Positions 42,215 through 51,782 of a stretch of DNA of 64,000 nucleotides are shown here, piece by piece; position 1 is the stretch's first letter, and each line of letters begins with the position of its first letter. Origin of the DNA: a virus; the IMG/VR virus record IMGVR_UViG_3300043411_002463, positions 22,751 to 86,750 of that record; one strand, written 5' to 3'. Position numbers and translations under genes: made by a program. Under the pieces are notes generated by a model. That model saw only the letters and a program-made list of their open reading frames with translations. It searched no databases and was not told the origin of the DNA.

Positions 42215-43647
42215 CTGAGTTAGAAGTGTCGTTTGAAAAAGACTCAGATAATTATTATAATGAAACTGATTTAAGAATAATTAAAACAGTTTTAAATGAT
42301 ACCAAAACTGCTTTAGAATTTTCTAATTCTGAAAATTATCAATTATTATCAGATTCTGTCCGTGATTTTAGCAAAAACGTTGTAGATCTAGTAAGAGCAT
42401 ATAAAACAGTTCCAACTAAAAGAATGTTAATAGAATCTATACAAGATTCTCCAAGTAAAATTCAGGAATATAATTCTATATTTTCTAATTTAGAAAATGT
42501 TACATATGATGTAAAAGAATTCAAATATGATTTTGAAAAAATCAGAAATAAGTATAAGTCTTCAATAACAGAACAGTTTAAAAATACTGTAACTAATTTA
42601 GTCAATGCTGAACAAGTTGAAGAATTATTAAAAAAATATAAAACCAATTTAGATAAGGCTACTCCTGGTAAAAAGGTTTATGTCCAGAAGACAGTCAAAG
42701 AATTTGTTGAAGATTTCAAAAACACTTATAACTTAAAGTTAAAAAATGAATTAAAAACTCATGGGATTTTAACTCATTCTAAATATTTAGATTTCGTTAC
42801 TAATGGATTGAACTATTCAGACTTAGTTATTGTTGGTGGTGAAACTGGAGCGGGTAAATCTCTTCACTTAAACAATTTTGCCAAAAATATTTGGAAGCAA
42901 AACAATTCAATCTATACAAGAGATAATTTTTCTAATGGATATCACGTTATTTATTTTTCATTAGAAATGCCTTATGAACAATGTTTCAATAGGTTTATTG
43001 CTTCCTTAGCCAACGTTCCTCAATATGGAATTAGAGATGCTACTCTAACCAAAGAGCAGCTAAATAAAGTACATGCTGCCTTGGAATTCATGAAATGTTA
43101 TCCATTTGAATTCCAAATCGTAGATATTCCACGAGGAGTAACCCCAGATGTTCTTGAACAAAGAATAGAAGAAGCTTTTGGTTCATTTAAACCAGATGTA
43201 ATTGTTGTAGATTATCTTGGATTGATGGAAGATCCAACTGTCTCCGGAGATGATTGGTTAAAACTCGGTTATATAACTGGTAAACTACATGAAATTGCTC
43301 GTGCTTACAATGTTCTTATGTTAACAGCCGCCCAATTAAACCGACCAACAACCGGAAAAGAACTAGTTGGTATTCATAGATTTGGTCGTTCCTCTTTAAT
43401 CTTACATCATGCTACATTAGCACTACAAATAGAATCAAGAGTAGGAGAGCATCAAATGCAAGATTCTGTAATGCACATTGTAAAAAACAGAAATGGTTCA
43501 TTGGGAGAATATTCTTTGTTAAAGAATTTAAGCAATGCTTATTTCGAAGATCCTCCGGAAGTATTTTTACCGCATCAAGGCGTAACATCATTATTATCTT
43601 CTGAGAAATCGGATATATCTAAATTACTAGAGGAATATAACTGGTGA
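42211..43647 (+). CDS. dnaB: Replicative DNA helicase DnaB-like
   Basis: GGETGAGKS, YFSLEM, VVDYLGLM, AAQLNR, KNRNG. Confidence 0.9.
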   Translation: MTELEVSFEKDSDNYYNETDLRIIKTVLNDTKTALEFSNSENYQLLSDSVRDFSKNVVDLVRAYKTVPTKRMLIESIQDSPSKIQEYNSIFSNLENVTYDVKEFKYDFEKIRNKYKSSITEQFKNTVTNLVNAEQVEELLKKYKTNLDKATPGKKVYVQKTVKEFVEDFKNTYNLKLKNELKTHGILTHSKYLDFVTNGLNYSDLVIVGGETGAGKSLHLNNFAKNIWKQNNSIYTRDNFSNGYHVIYFSLEMPYEQCFNRFIASLANVPQYGIRDATLTKEQLNKVHAALEFMKCYPFEFQIVDIPRGVTPDVLEQRIEEAFGSFKPDVIVVDYLGLMEDPTVSGDDWLKLGYITGKLHEIARAYNVLMLTAAQLNRPTTGKELVGIHRFGRSSLILHHATLALQIESRVGEHQMQDSVMHIVKNRNGSLGEYSLLKNLSNAYFEDPPEVFLPHQGVTSLLSSEKSDISKLLEEYNW

Positions 43648-43820
43648 GTGTAGATAGTAAAGTTACAGTGGCGCAAATGATTAGAATAGAGTATTCTAAT
43701 GATGGAGAAAAGTTGTATTTGGTTTTTGAAGTAAAAGATAAAACTTTTAAGAATAAAATATTAAAAGACTTATCACAAGATATAGAGTTAATACTTAAAG
43801 GTAAAGAACTAAAGGAATAA
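43644..43820 (+). CDS. Small hypothetical protein (58 aa, absent from the ORF track)
   Basis: GTGA overlap with the dnaB stop and GAGG upstream; MSVDSKVTVAQMIRIEYSNDGEKLYLVFEV...KE* fills the gap exactly. Confidence 0.6.
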   Translation: MSVDSKVTVAQMIRIEYSNDGEKLYLVFEVKDKTFKNKILKDLSQDIELILKGKELKE

Positions 43821-43822
43821 TT

Positions 43823-44113
43823 ATGGGATGGTTTGAATTTGAGTGTGAGAAGTGTGAGCATCAATGGGATGTAATTCAATCATGGAGAGATCCAGTACCA
43901 AGTGAATGTCCATCTTGTAAAAACCAAGAATGTGTAAGGAAATTAATTTCTTTACCAGCAAGGGGGATAGTAGAGTTAACTGGACATGAACTAACAGCAT
44001 CTATTAAGGAGCAAGTCCAGAAAGACAAGGCGGAAATATTAAAATCCGAAAACAAACTTGCCAACGTTGTTGGAGAGTCAAAATATCAAGCCAATCAATC
44101 AATCAAAGATTAA
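43823..44113 (+). CDS. FmdB-family zinc-ribbon protein
   Basis: FEFECEKCEHQW...CPSC...RKLIS. Confidence 0.75.
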   Translation: MGWFEFECEKCEHQWDVIQSWRDPVPSECPSCKNQECVRKLISLPARGIVELTGHELTASIKEQVQKDKAEILKSENKLANVVGESKYQANQSIKD

Positions 44114-44121
44114 TATTCATT

Positions 44122-44412
44122 ATGAATGTTTATAGATCTAACACTTTAGCACTTGTAGCTTATGAGCCTTATGTTCCGCCACCAGGGTTGAGTGGACCGG
44201 TCGTCTCTCATGCATCAAGTATAAATGATATTAATTTATATATCAAAAATGTTATTAACGAAAAATATGTAATCTTGTCTTTTGAAGACATTGATAATAT
44301 TTATAAATCTAATTTGCATATGTATATAGATTGTTCTAGAGATGGTCGGAATATGAAAATTTGTGGTTATCAAGTAGTTGTTGAAACAGAAACTAAATGT
44401 ATTTTAATTTGA
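44122..44412 (+). CDS. Hypothetical protein
   Basis: 96-aa ORF in operon context. Confidence 0.5.
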   Translation: MNVYRSNTLALVAYEPYVPPPGLSGPVVSHASSINDINLYIKNVINEKYVILSFEDIDNIYKSNLHMYIDCSRDGRNMKICGYQVVVETETKCILI

Positions 44413-44416
44413 AATT

Positions 44417-45058
44417 ATGAGGGATTATATGGCACAAATGTCACAACAAGAAATAGATCAATTAGCATTAAACTATATTAACGCAGCAGCTTTAATTCCA
44501 ACAGTTTCTTCCAAAGAAAAAAAGGAATTGGCAAAAGTACAAAATGAATGTATTACTAAACTAGGATTTCTAGTTACATCTAAATTATACAAATACAAAA
44601 AGTTTAGTAATTACGAAGACTTAAAACAAGAAGGTTTTGAAGCATTGCTTATGGCTTTGGCAACTTTTAAAGATCAGAAAAGTTCATTTAGTTGGTGGGG
44701 CACAAAATATATCGCTACCAGGATTAGTCGAGCAGCCAATAAACATTCAACAATCAAAGTTCCAATGAAACATGCGGTTGAACAAAAACCATTAAAGGCA
44801 GCCGAAGTGCCCGTTATAGAAGACATCACAACACCAGATAAAGAGCTGATATTTAAGGAGATTTGTCTAGAAATTTCTAAAGAAATTGATAAGTTAAAGC
44901 CTAAAGAAAAACAGGTAGCAAAAATGTTTTATGGGGTTGATGGAATAAATCAACATACCATTACAACAATTTCTGAGGAGCTTGAACTATCAAGAAGTTC
45001 AGTTGCTAAAACTGTGTCAAACCTTCAAAAAAGATTTAGAAACATAATAGAACAATGA
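44417..45058 (+). CDS. Phage-encoded sigma-70-family sigma factor
   Basis: Region 2 (EDLKQEGFEALLMALATF...FSWWGTKYI) and region 4 HTH (LKPKEKQV..MFYG...ISEELELSRSSV). Confidence 0.82.
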   Translation: MRDYMAQMSQQEIDQLALNYINAAALIPTVSSKEKKELAKVQNECITKLGFLVTSKLYKYKKFSNYEDLKQEGFEALLMALATFKDQKSSFSWWGTKYIATRISRAANKHSTIKVPMKHAVEQKPLKAAEVPVIEDITTPDKELIFKEICLEISKEIDKLKPKEKQVAKMFYGVDGINQHTITTISEELELSRSSVAKTVSNLQKRFRNIIEQ

Positions 45059-45112
45059 GACAATTTGTTTTTCTTGAAGAGTTAAGTTAACTTACGAAAA
45101 AATCAATAAATA

Positions 45113-45147
45113 GGGCTTGAAGATTTCTTCAAGCCCCTTATTTTCTT
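45113..45147 (+). terminator. Intrinsic terminator-like hairpin
   Basis: GGGCTTGAAG-ATTT-CTTCAAGCCC followed by a T-rich tract, between the sigma gene and nrdB. Confidence 0.65.
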
Positions 45148-45166
45148 TACATGAAATGGAAATATA

Positions 45167-46135
45167 ATGAGTTTATTTACGCCCCGACCAACATATGGAC
45201 CTTTTGAATATCAACAAGCATATACATATTGTATTAATCAAATGTCAGCACATTGGATTCCGTTTGAAGTTCAAATGAACGGGGATATAAATGATTATAA
45301 ATTGAAACTTTCTGATATTGAAAAGAATGTAATAGGAAACGTATTAAAAGGATTTACTCAAACAGAAATTTTCATTCAAGAATATTGGTCCAATAAAGTT
45401 TCTAAATGGTTTAAAAAACCAGAAATTCAAATGATGTCTGCAACATTTTCTTCATTTGAATCCATTCATGCTATCGGCTATTCTTACCTAGAAGAATCTC
45501 TTGGTCTTCAAAATTATGAAGGTTTCTTACATGAACCAACTGCCAAAGCCAAAATTGATCGTCTAATGGAAGTTAAAGGAAAAACCAAAGAAGAAATTGC
45601 TAAAAGCTTAGCTATTTTTTCTGCCTTTAATGAAGGTGTTAATTTGTTTAGTAGCTTTGCTATTCTTATGAGTTTTTCCAAAAGAAATTTGTTAAAAGGA
45701 GTAGGAAAGATTGTTGAATGGTCTATTAAAGATGAATCATTACATTCAACTGCGGGGTGTTGGTTATTTAGAACATTAGTAGAAGAATTTCCTGAGATTC
45801 TTACTGATGAATTTAAAAAAGATATTTATGATGCCGCAAGATTAACCGTCCAATTAGAAGATGCTTTTATTGATAAGGCATTTGAATTAGGACCGCTTCC
45901 TGATTTAGATCCAAAAGATATAAAGAATTATATTAGATTTAGAGCAAATACTAAATTGCAGGATTTGGGATTTAAGAAAAACTGGAAAAGTATAGATCAA
46001 GAATCTCTTAAAAAATTAGAATGGTTTGATGTTTTAGCAAGTGGTACGGTGTTGCAAGATTTTTTTGCCGGCAAGGAAACATCTTATTCAAAAGCAACAG
46101 TTGATTTTAGTGATATTTGGAGCCAAAATGTTTGA
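45167..46135 (+). CDS. nrdB: Ribonucleotide reductase class I beta subunit
   Basis: ESIHAIGY (E-x2-H plus radical Tyr), EGVNLFSSF, DESLH, C-terminal DFFA...YSK. Confidence 0.92.
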   Translation: MSLFTPRPTYGPFEYQQAYTYCINQMSAHWIPFEVQMNGDINDYKLKLSDIEKNVIGNVLKGFTQTEIFIQEYWSNKVSKWFKKPEIQMMSATFSSFESIHAIGYSYLEESLGLQNYEGFLHEPTAKAKIDRLMEVKGKTKEEIAKSLAIFSAFNEGVNLFSSFAILMSFSKRNLLKGVGKIVEWSIKDESLHSTAGCWLFRTLVEEFPEILTDEFKKDIYDAARLTVQLEDAFIDKAFELGPLPDLDPKDIKNYIRFRANTKLQDLGFKKNWKSIDQESLKKLEWFDVLASGTVLQDFFAGKETSYSKATVDFSDIWSQNV

Positions 46136-47876
46136 TAAAGAAACTATAGAACGATTAGAAAAATTAAAACAAGCTGGAGAAGCTCCAAGCTGGTTAACTA
46201 TAGAGGGTTACAAGACATTAACGGAAGGCTATTTATTGCCAAATGAAACTCCAATTGGTTTGTATAAAAGAGTTTCTAATGCTGCAGCGTCCCGACTTAA
46301 CAAACCAGAATTAGCCTCAAGATTTTTTGAAATCATTAATAATAATTGGTTATGTTTAGCAACTCCAGTAGCTGCTAATATGGGTGCAGTTAGAGGCTTG
46401 CCAATTTCTTGTTATGCTAGTTCTATTATAGATACTACAGATGATATTTTTAAATCTTATCATGAAATTGCCATGTTAGCAAAATATGGTGGAGGACTTG
46501 GAAAATATTGGGGGCACATTAGAGGTCGGGGATTTCCAATTTCTGGGGGCGGTGTCTCGGAAGGTATTGTTCCTTGGCTCAAGATTGAAGAACAAGTTAT
46601 CCAAGGTGTAGCACAGGGAACAACTCGTAGAGGAGCTGTAGCAGCATACCTAGATATTGAACACGTTGATGGCGAAGAGTTTATTGATATTCGTCGTCCG
46701 ACAGGAGACATATCAAGAAGATGTTTGTCCACAAATTTTCATCATGGAGTTTGTATTTCTGATAAGTTCATGCATGAAATGCTTGATGGTTCTGAAAAAA
46801 ATAGAGAATTATGGTCTTCATTATTAAAGGCAAGAGTAGAAACCGGTGAGCCTTATGTAATGTTTAAAGATAATGCTAATAATCAAAGACCACAATCTTA
46901 TGTTAATAATAATTTGTTTATAGAAACGAGTAACTTGTGTAGTGAAATCTTTTTACATACAGATAAAGACCATACCTTTGTATGTTGTTTATCTAGTTTA
47001 AATTTAGCAAGGTGGGATGAGTTTAAAGATACAGATACTATTCAACTTGCTATTTGGTTTTTAGATGGAGTTATGACAGAATTTATTTCCAAAGCAAAAC
47101 TTTTACCAGGCTTAGATAAAGCGGTTAGATTTGCTGAAAAATCTAGAGCTTTGGGTTTGGGTGTTTTAGGATGGCATACATTATTACAATCTAAAATGAT
47201 TCCATTTGATTCTTTTCAGGCAATGCAACTGAATGGACAAATATTTAGAAAAATTAATTCAGAATCTCTAAAAGCTTCTGAAGATTTAGCAAAAGAATAT
47301 GGTGAACCATTATGGTGTACTGGACTTGGAATAAGAAATACACACAGAATGGCAATTGCACCAACTGTGTCAAATTCTTTAATTTCGGGAGGTGTCTCCC
47401 AAGGTGTAGAACCAGTGATTGGAAATTGGTATGCACAAAAATCTGCCAAGGGTACTTTTATAAGAAAGAACCCAGTGTTAGAGAAGTTATTAATTGATAC
47501 AAAAAGAAATTCTGAAGAGGTTTGGACACAAATTAAAACAGATCAAGGTTCTGTAAAGAATGTTAAGAATTTAAGTGATGAAGAAAAAGAAGTATTTTTA
47601 ACTGCTAGAGAAATTAATCAATTTGCTATTGTTAAACAAGCTGGTCAAAGACAAAAATGGATTGACCAAGGTCAATCAGTTAATTTATTTTTCTCTGTAC
47701 CAGATGATATACAAGATTCTTCTTTAAAGAAAAAATTAGGAAATTACATACATAATGTTCATATGGAAGCTTGGAAAGAAGGATTGAAATCTTTATATTA
47801 TTGCAGAACTGAAAGCTCATTAAGGGGTGATTCGGTATATAGAGAATCATCAGAATGTAAAGCATGTGAGGGATGA
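46128..47876 (+). CDS. nrdA: Ribonucleotide reductase class I alpha subunit (no ATP cone)
   Basis: LPISC, RRGA, TGEPY, SNLCSE, APT, DQGQSVNLF, KSLYY, C-terminal CKACEG. ATG at 46128 is preferred to the GTG at 46041. Confidence 0.92.
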   Translation: MFDKETIERLEKLKQAGEAPSWLTIEGYKTLTEGYLLPNETPIGLYKRVSNAAASRLNKPELASRFFEIINNNWLCLATPVAANMGAVRGLPISCYASSIIDTTDDIFKSYHEIAMLAKYGGGLGKYWGHIRGRGFPISGGGVSEGIVPWLKIEEQVIQGVAQGTTRRGAVAAYLDIEHVDGEEFIDIRRPTGDISRRCLSTNFHHGVCISDKFMHEMLDGSEKNRELWSSLLKARVETGEPYVMFKDNANNQRPQSYVNNNLFIETSNLCSEIFLHTDKDHTFVCCLSSLNLARWDEFKDTDTIQLAIWFLDGVMTEFISKAKLLPGLDKAVRFAEKSRALGLGVLGWHTLLQSKMIPFDSFQAMQLNGQIFRKINSESLKASEDLAKEYGEPLWCTGLGIRNTHRMAIAPTVSNSLISGGVSQGVEPVIGNWYAQKSAKGTFIRKNPVLEKLLIDTKRNSEEVWTQIKTDQGSVKNVKNLSDEEKEVFLTAREINQFAIVKQAGQRQKWIDQGQSVNLFFSVPDDIQDSSLKKKLGNYIHNVHMEAWKEGLKSLYYCRTESSLRGDSVYRESSECKACEG

Positions 47877-48250
47877 AAAACGTAATTTTAACAAATTATA
47901 ATACTAAAGATATAGATAATGCTATTTATGAGGCTAATCATTTAACAGCATTGGAAGTTATTTCTCATCTAAGTTTGCCTTATCCTGAAGGTTTTTTAGA
48001 AAAGATAGCAGATTTAGAACAATATGGACCTAATGAAAAAGAAATATTTAGATCAATAAATAATAAATATTCAATATTTATTAACTTTGATTTGGATAAA
48101 ACAGTTAAAATTCATCATGAAAACAATTTGATAGGTTGTAGTAAGGTTCCTATGATAGTTTTGAAGAATGATTTTTCTCAACAAGATAAGAACAAACGGT
48201 TATATGTAGAGATACACTACGAAAGCTGGTCTATTTATGAAGAAGATTGA
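47873..48250 (+). CDS. Hypothetical protein
   Basis: 125-aa ORF, ATGA-coupled. Confidence 0.55.
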   Translation: MKNVILTNYNTKDIDNAIYEANHLTALEVISHLSLPYPEGFLEKIADLEQYGPNEKEIFRSINNKYSIFINFDLDKTVKIHHENNLIGCSKVPMIVLKNDFSQQDKNKRLYVEIHYESWSIYEED

Positions 48251-48476
48251 AGAACAAGAATTAAAAGAATTGATTAAGTTAAAAGCAACAATAGAGCAAA
48301 AAGATTTGCAATTGCAAAATATGCATTTACAATTAGAAAACACTCGATTGCAATATAAAAATTTATTGCTTAATTTAAAAATGAAGTATCAAATTGCAAA
48401 TGATTCTCAAATAGAATTAGAAACTGGCAACATAATCGAAACAGAATTAGAAAGTAAGGAAGAACACAATGAGTAA
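48237..48476 (+). CDS. Small coiled-coil protein
   Basis: Heptad Leu/Gln pattern, 79 aa. Confidence 0.55.
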   Translation: MKKIEEQELKELIKLKATIEQKDLQLQNMHLQLENTRLQYKNLLLNLKMKYQIANDSQIELETGNIIETELESKEEHNE

Positions 48477-48837
48477 AGTTTACACTGATGATTTAGAGAA
48501 GTTTGTAAATTTGAGAAGATTTGGCTGGGACATGCTTCAGCAACCCCGTCCTGATTTAAAACTAACAAAAGAACAAAAAGATTCTATTATTAAAACAATT
48601 AGAAGAATAGATGATTTATTCATTAATAACTTTGAAGAAGCGGTGGATGCAGATTTAGCCACAACACATGAAGAAACTGTAGAAGAATTATTTTCTTCTT
48701 TAGAGGAGATTAATAAACATGTTCAAGAAAAAGTGGCAGAAACTAAAGAAGTTGTAGTACCTACAGCTGCTGAAATTAGCGAAATAACTGGAACTGGTAA
48801 GAAAAAGGGCGGCTTTAGAAAAGCTGAAAGTGTTTAA
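48469..48837 (+). CDS. Hypothetical protein
   Basis: 122-aa ORF with SD-like AAGGA. Confidence 0.55.
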   Translation: MSKVYTDDLEKFVNLRRFGWDMLQQPRPDLKLTKEQKDSIIKTIRRIDDLFINNFEEAVDADLATTHEETVEELFSSLEEINKHVQEKVAETKEVVVPTAAEISEITGTGKKKGGFRKAESV

Positions 48838-49637
48838 TGTCATTTGAAGAAAACGCCTTCATTTCATTAAAAAATGAAGATTGGATAGGTAAACAAAGAG
48901 TTGCAGGTAGAATAACTGCGCGCGCTCTATCTTTATCTAAAGATTTAGTGTTACAATCAAATAGACTTACTACATTACAATTATCTAAAAAAATTGAAGA
49001 ATTCATATTAGAAAATAATTGTACCCCAACCTTCAAAGGTTATAAAGGATTTCCGGAAGCTGCTTGTGTATCTATTAACGAACAACTTGTACATGGAATT
49101 CCTAATGATTATCTTATTCAAGATGGGGATGTAGTTAAAGTTGATTTGGGCTGTACTTATAAATTTGCAATAGCTGATTCAGCTATTACTTTTATTAAAG
49201 GAAAACCAAAAAGCGAGCAACATGTTAAGTTGATTGAAACTTGTAGATTATCTTTAGAAAATGCCATTAAACAAATAGCTCCTGGTAAAAGAATGGGAGT
49301 GATAGGTAATGGAATCAATCATATTGTTAAGAATACAAAATTCTCAATTATAACTCAATATGGTGGACATGGATTAGATTATGATCACCCTCATGCTCAA
49401 CCTTTTATTCCAAACAAATCTAATCCTCAATCTGGGGTAAGAATTCAACCAGGAATGTCATTCGCAATAGAGCCTCAAATCGTAATTGGCGAAGCCAAAA
49501 CACGAGTATTGTCAGATGGTTGGACGGTGGTTACACCAGGCATCGGAGCCCATTTTGAACATTCAATTTTTATTCATAATGATAAGGTTGAAATTATTAC
49601 AGAATTAGATGAGGATAAAAAGTTTTTAAAATTTTAA
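48837..49637 (+). CDS. map: Methionine aminopeptidase type I
   Basis: PTFKGYKGFP, CVSINEQLVHGIP, and metal ligands in VDLG, ADSA, GGHG, IEP and HFEH. Confidence 0.92.
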   Translation: MSFEENAFISLKNEDWIGKQRVAGRITARALSLSKDLVLQSNRLTTLQLSKKIEEFILENNCTPTFKGYKGFPEAACVSINEQLVHGIPNDYLIQDGDVVKVDLGCTYKFAIADSAITFIKGKPKSEQHVKLIETCRLSLENAIKQIAPGKRMGVIGNGINHIVKNTKFSIITQYGGHGLDYDHPHAQPFIPNKSNPQSGVRIQPGMSFAIEPQIVIGEAKTRVLSDGWTVVTPGIGAHFEHSIFIHNDKVEIITELDEDKKFLKF

Positions 49638-49647
49638 GGGATAAAAT

Positions 49648-49887
49648 ATGATTAAATTAGATATAAAAAACTTATCAAACAAAACAAGTAATGAATTAAT
49701 TGAATTTAATAAAGAAGATGAAACCATAATAATGATGGTTAAACAGCTCAATCCAGTTAATAATGAATATATGTATACAACTTATTCGATTTCATTAGAA
49801 GATTTTATGCCAGTAGTTCAAATGGCATTGGATGAGCCATTTTTACAGAAAAAAGTGGTAGGTTTTGGGCAGCTTGAGCTTTTTTGA
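49648..49887 (+). CDS. Hypothetical protein
   Basis: 79-aa ORF with SD-like AGGGA. Confidence 0.5.
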   Translation: MIKLDIKNLSNKTSNELIEFNKEDETIIMMVKQLNPVNNEYMYTTYSISLEDFMPVVQMALDEPFLQKKVVGFGQLELF

Positions 49888-49981
49888 GAGTACAAGCTTG
49901 GGCGCCTCGTTATATAGTCTTTGAGAGGTTAAGGCGGTCTTAGCTTCGAAAATAAAAAAACAAGAAAGCTGGTTATTGAGT

Positions 49982-50302
49982 ATGAATCGTAAAGTTACTG
50001 AATTAGTTGGTAAGGTTGATACACGTAAGTGTACTAACAATACCCAAAAAGTATTAGTACGTTTGTTACGTGCCGATGGCGATTGGGTTTCCCGTAGAGC
50101 CATTCAAGTTCCAAGTGCTTCGTCAAGAGTACGCGATCTTCGTACAGAAGAATTTGGAAAGTTTGAAGTGGAATGTGCGACAGCTCGTGAGCTTGGTCGT
50201 GAAGGAGACGGACGTAGAACATACTATCGTCTAGCTCCAACATCCGTAACCCCAGAACGCGTAGAGCGTGTTTTAAGGGGGGTGGTTACCACTTCAAAAT
50301 AA
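49982..50302 (+). CDS. Basic winged-HTH-like DNA-binding protein
   Basis: QKVLVRLL...WVSRRAI...ASSRVRDLR...FEVEC...YYRL is a wHTH pattern; followed by its own terminator. Confidence 0.6.
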   Translation: MNRKVTELVGKVDTRKCTNNTQKVLVRLLRADGDWVSRRAIQVPSASSRVRDLRTEEFGKFEVECATARELGREGDGRRTYYRLAPTSVTPERVERVLRGVVTTSK

Positions 50303-50339
50303 AGAACTAAAAGAATAGAGAATTATTCTTTTTACTTAT

Positions 50340-50374
50340 AAAAGGCTAAGGTTCTCCTTAGCCTTTTTGTTTTT
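50340..50374 (+). terminator. Intrinsic terminator
   Basis: AAAAGGCTAAGG-TTCT-CCTTAGCCTTTTTGTTTTT. Confidence 0.85.
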
Positions 50375-50553
50375 ACATTGATTGTAATATTTTGACATTA
50401 AATTGATGATTGTTTTAAAGGATTTTTTTGTTTTTTAAATACTTATCAAAAAATAGTTTGAATCAAATAGATGCGAAAATCTCATCTATTGTAAATTTAT
50501 TAAGTTGGAACATTATTTTTCAACTTTCTATTAATTTAATAGGTTAAAATAAG

Positions 50554-51417
50554 ATGAGCCAACTAAGAAAAGAACAATTAAATATATTAACTTCTCAGTG
50601 GGCAACTTATACCTATACTGCTACTGCAGGAACAACATCAACAACATTACCCGGTGGCTTTCAAGCTACTACCACTACCCAAACATCTGGGGGAAATCCT
50701 AGCACTAATACTCGTGGTATAATAACTACAAGTAGTTATAATTTAGTTAATTTAAAGTATCAAAGTTCGGGTCTTTTAATAGAAGATACTGGTACTCAAA
50801 TTTTTGGAAGACTAACTTATTCAGCAGGTTCGGGTTTATACACTGTTACGTATTATAAATTGGTTGCTGGCTCGGAAGTTTCTGCAACATTACCAGATAC
50901 TGGAACATATTCCATTACAATGATGTTTTCTGAAGTTGTTAGATTTTCAGAGATGTCAACAGCTGGACCTATTATCTATGGAGTTAACCTAGACAGAAGT
51001 GTTGGTTCTAGCAATGCTGGAAGTGTACTTGTACCAGTGACAGCTGGAGAAACCATTATAGTTGGTCAACCATTATACATTACTAACGTCAGTGGTTCTC
51101 CTAGAGTCTTTAAAGCGGAAGCAGATAATGCTTCTGTTTTGTATGTTGTTGGGATTGCTTATGATGCGGGAAGCATAACAAATACAATAAGAATGCAGAT
51201 TGCAGGAGAAATATCTATAGCAGATAGTATTTGGGATTCTGTACCAACCACAATAGATGTTGGTAAGCCAGCATATTTATCAACTACAGCAGGAAAATTA
51301 ACATTAACTGCGCCGAGTTCAGTTGGTAGTTCTGTACAAAAATGTGGAATTATTACAAAAGGTGGAAGTGGTTTAGTTAAAATGGTTGTGCAAATTGGAG
51401 ATGTGGTAACATATTAA
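50554..51417 (+). CDS. Probable virion protein (Thr/Ser/Gly-rich, with capsid-decoration/fibre-like C-terminal domain)
   Basis: Beta-rich composition; TAGETIIVGQPLYI...KAEAD...VVGIA...GKPAYLSTTAGKLT resembles decoration/fibre modules. Confidence 0.5.
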   Translation: MSQLRKEQLNILTSQWATYTYTATAGTTSTTLPGGFQATTTTQTSGGNPSTNTRGIITTSSYNLVNLKYQSSGLLIEDTGTQIFGRLTYSAGSGLYTVTYYKLVAGSEVSATLPDTGTYSITMMFSEVVRFSEMSTAGPIIYGVNLDRSVGSSNAGSVLVPVTAGETIIVGQPLYITNVSGSPRVFKAEADNASVLYVVGIAYDAGSITNTIRMQIAGEISIADSIWDSVPTTIDVGKPAYLSTTAGKLTLTAPSSVGSSVQKCGIITKGGSGLVKMVVQIGDVVTY

Positions 51418-51434
51418 TTTTTAGGTATAGTCAT

Positions 51435-51779
51435 ATGAATAAAAATATTTATAATGTAGTTGATCGTTTTTTAAAAGCAGCTCAATCAGTTGATGCAGAT
51501 TATTCATTAATTGATGGTTTGAGAAAGTCAATTGGTCCAAAAATTACAGAAGAAGCTGGTAATTTTCTTAACAACAAAGCAGTATCATCTATTCCAGTAA
51601 GAATTTCTTGGAATAAGCCTAAAGCTGAGTTTGTGGTTGAATCAGTAGGAAAAGATTCGGCTGAAGTTAATGCGGCTTTAAAAAAAATATTAGATGCTAA
51701 ATTTTCTGGATCTGTCTCTGCTATTCTAAGAAAAGCAAAAGAAAATTCATTTTCTTTTAATTTGCTTACTGTAGAATAA
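51435..51779 (+). CDS. Hypothetical protein
   Basis: 114-aa ORF with SD-like AGGT. Confidence 0.55.
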   Translation: MNKNIYNVVDRFLKAAQSVDADYSLIDGLRKSIGPKITEEAGNFLNNKAVSSIPVRISWNKPKAEFVVESVGKDSAEVNAALKKILDAKFSGSVSAILRKAKENSFSFNLLTVE

Positions 51780-51782
51780 TTT

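Noticed and set aside
46041-46127. N-terminal extension of NrdA
   Set aside because: It would overlap nrdB by 95 nt; the ATG at 46128 gives the usual short coupling.
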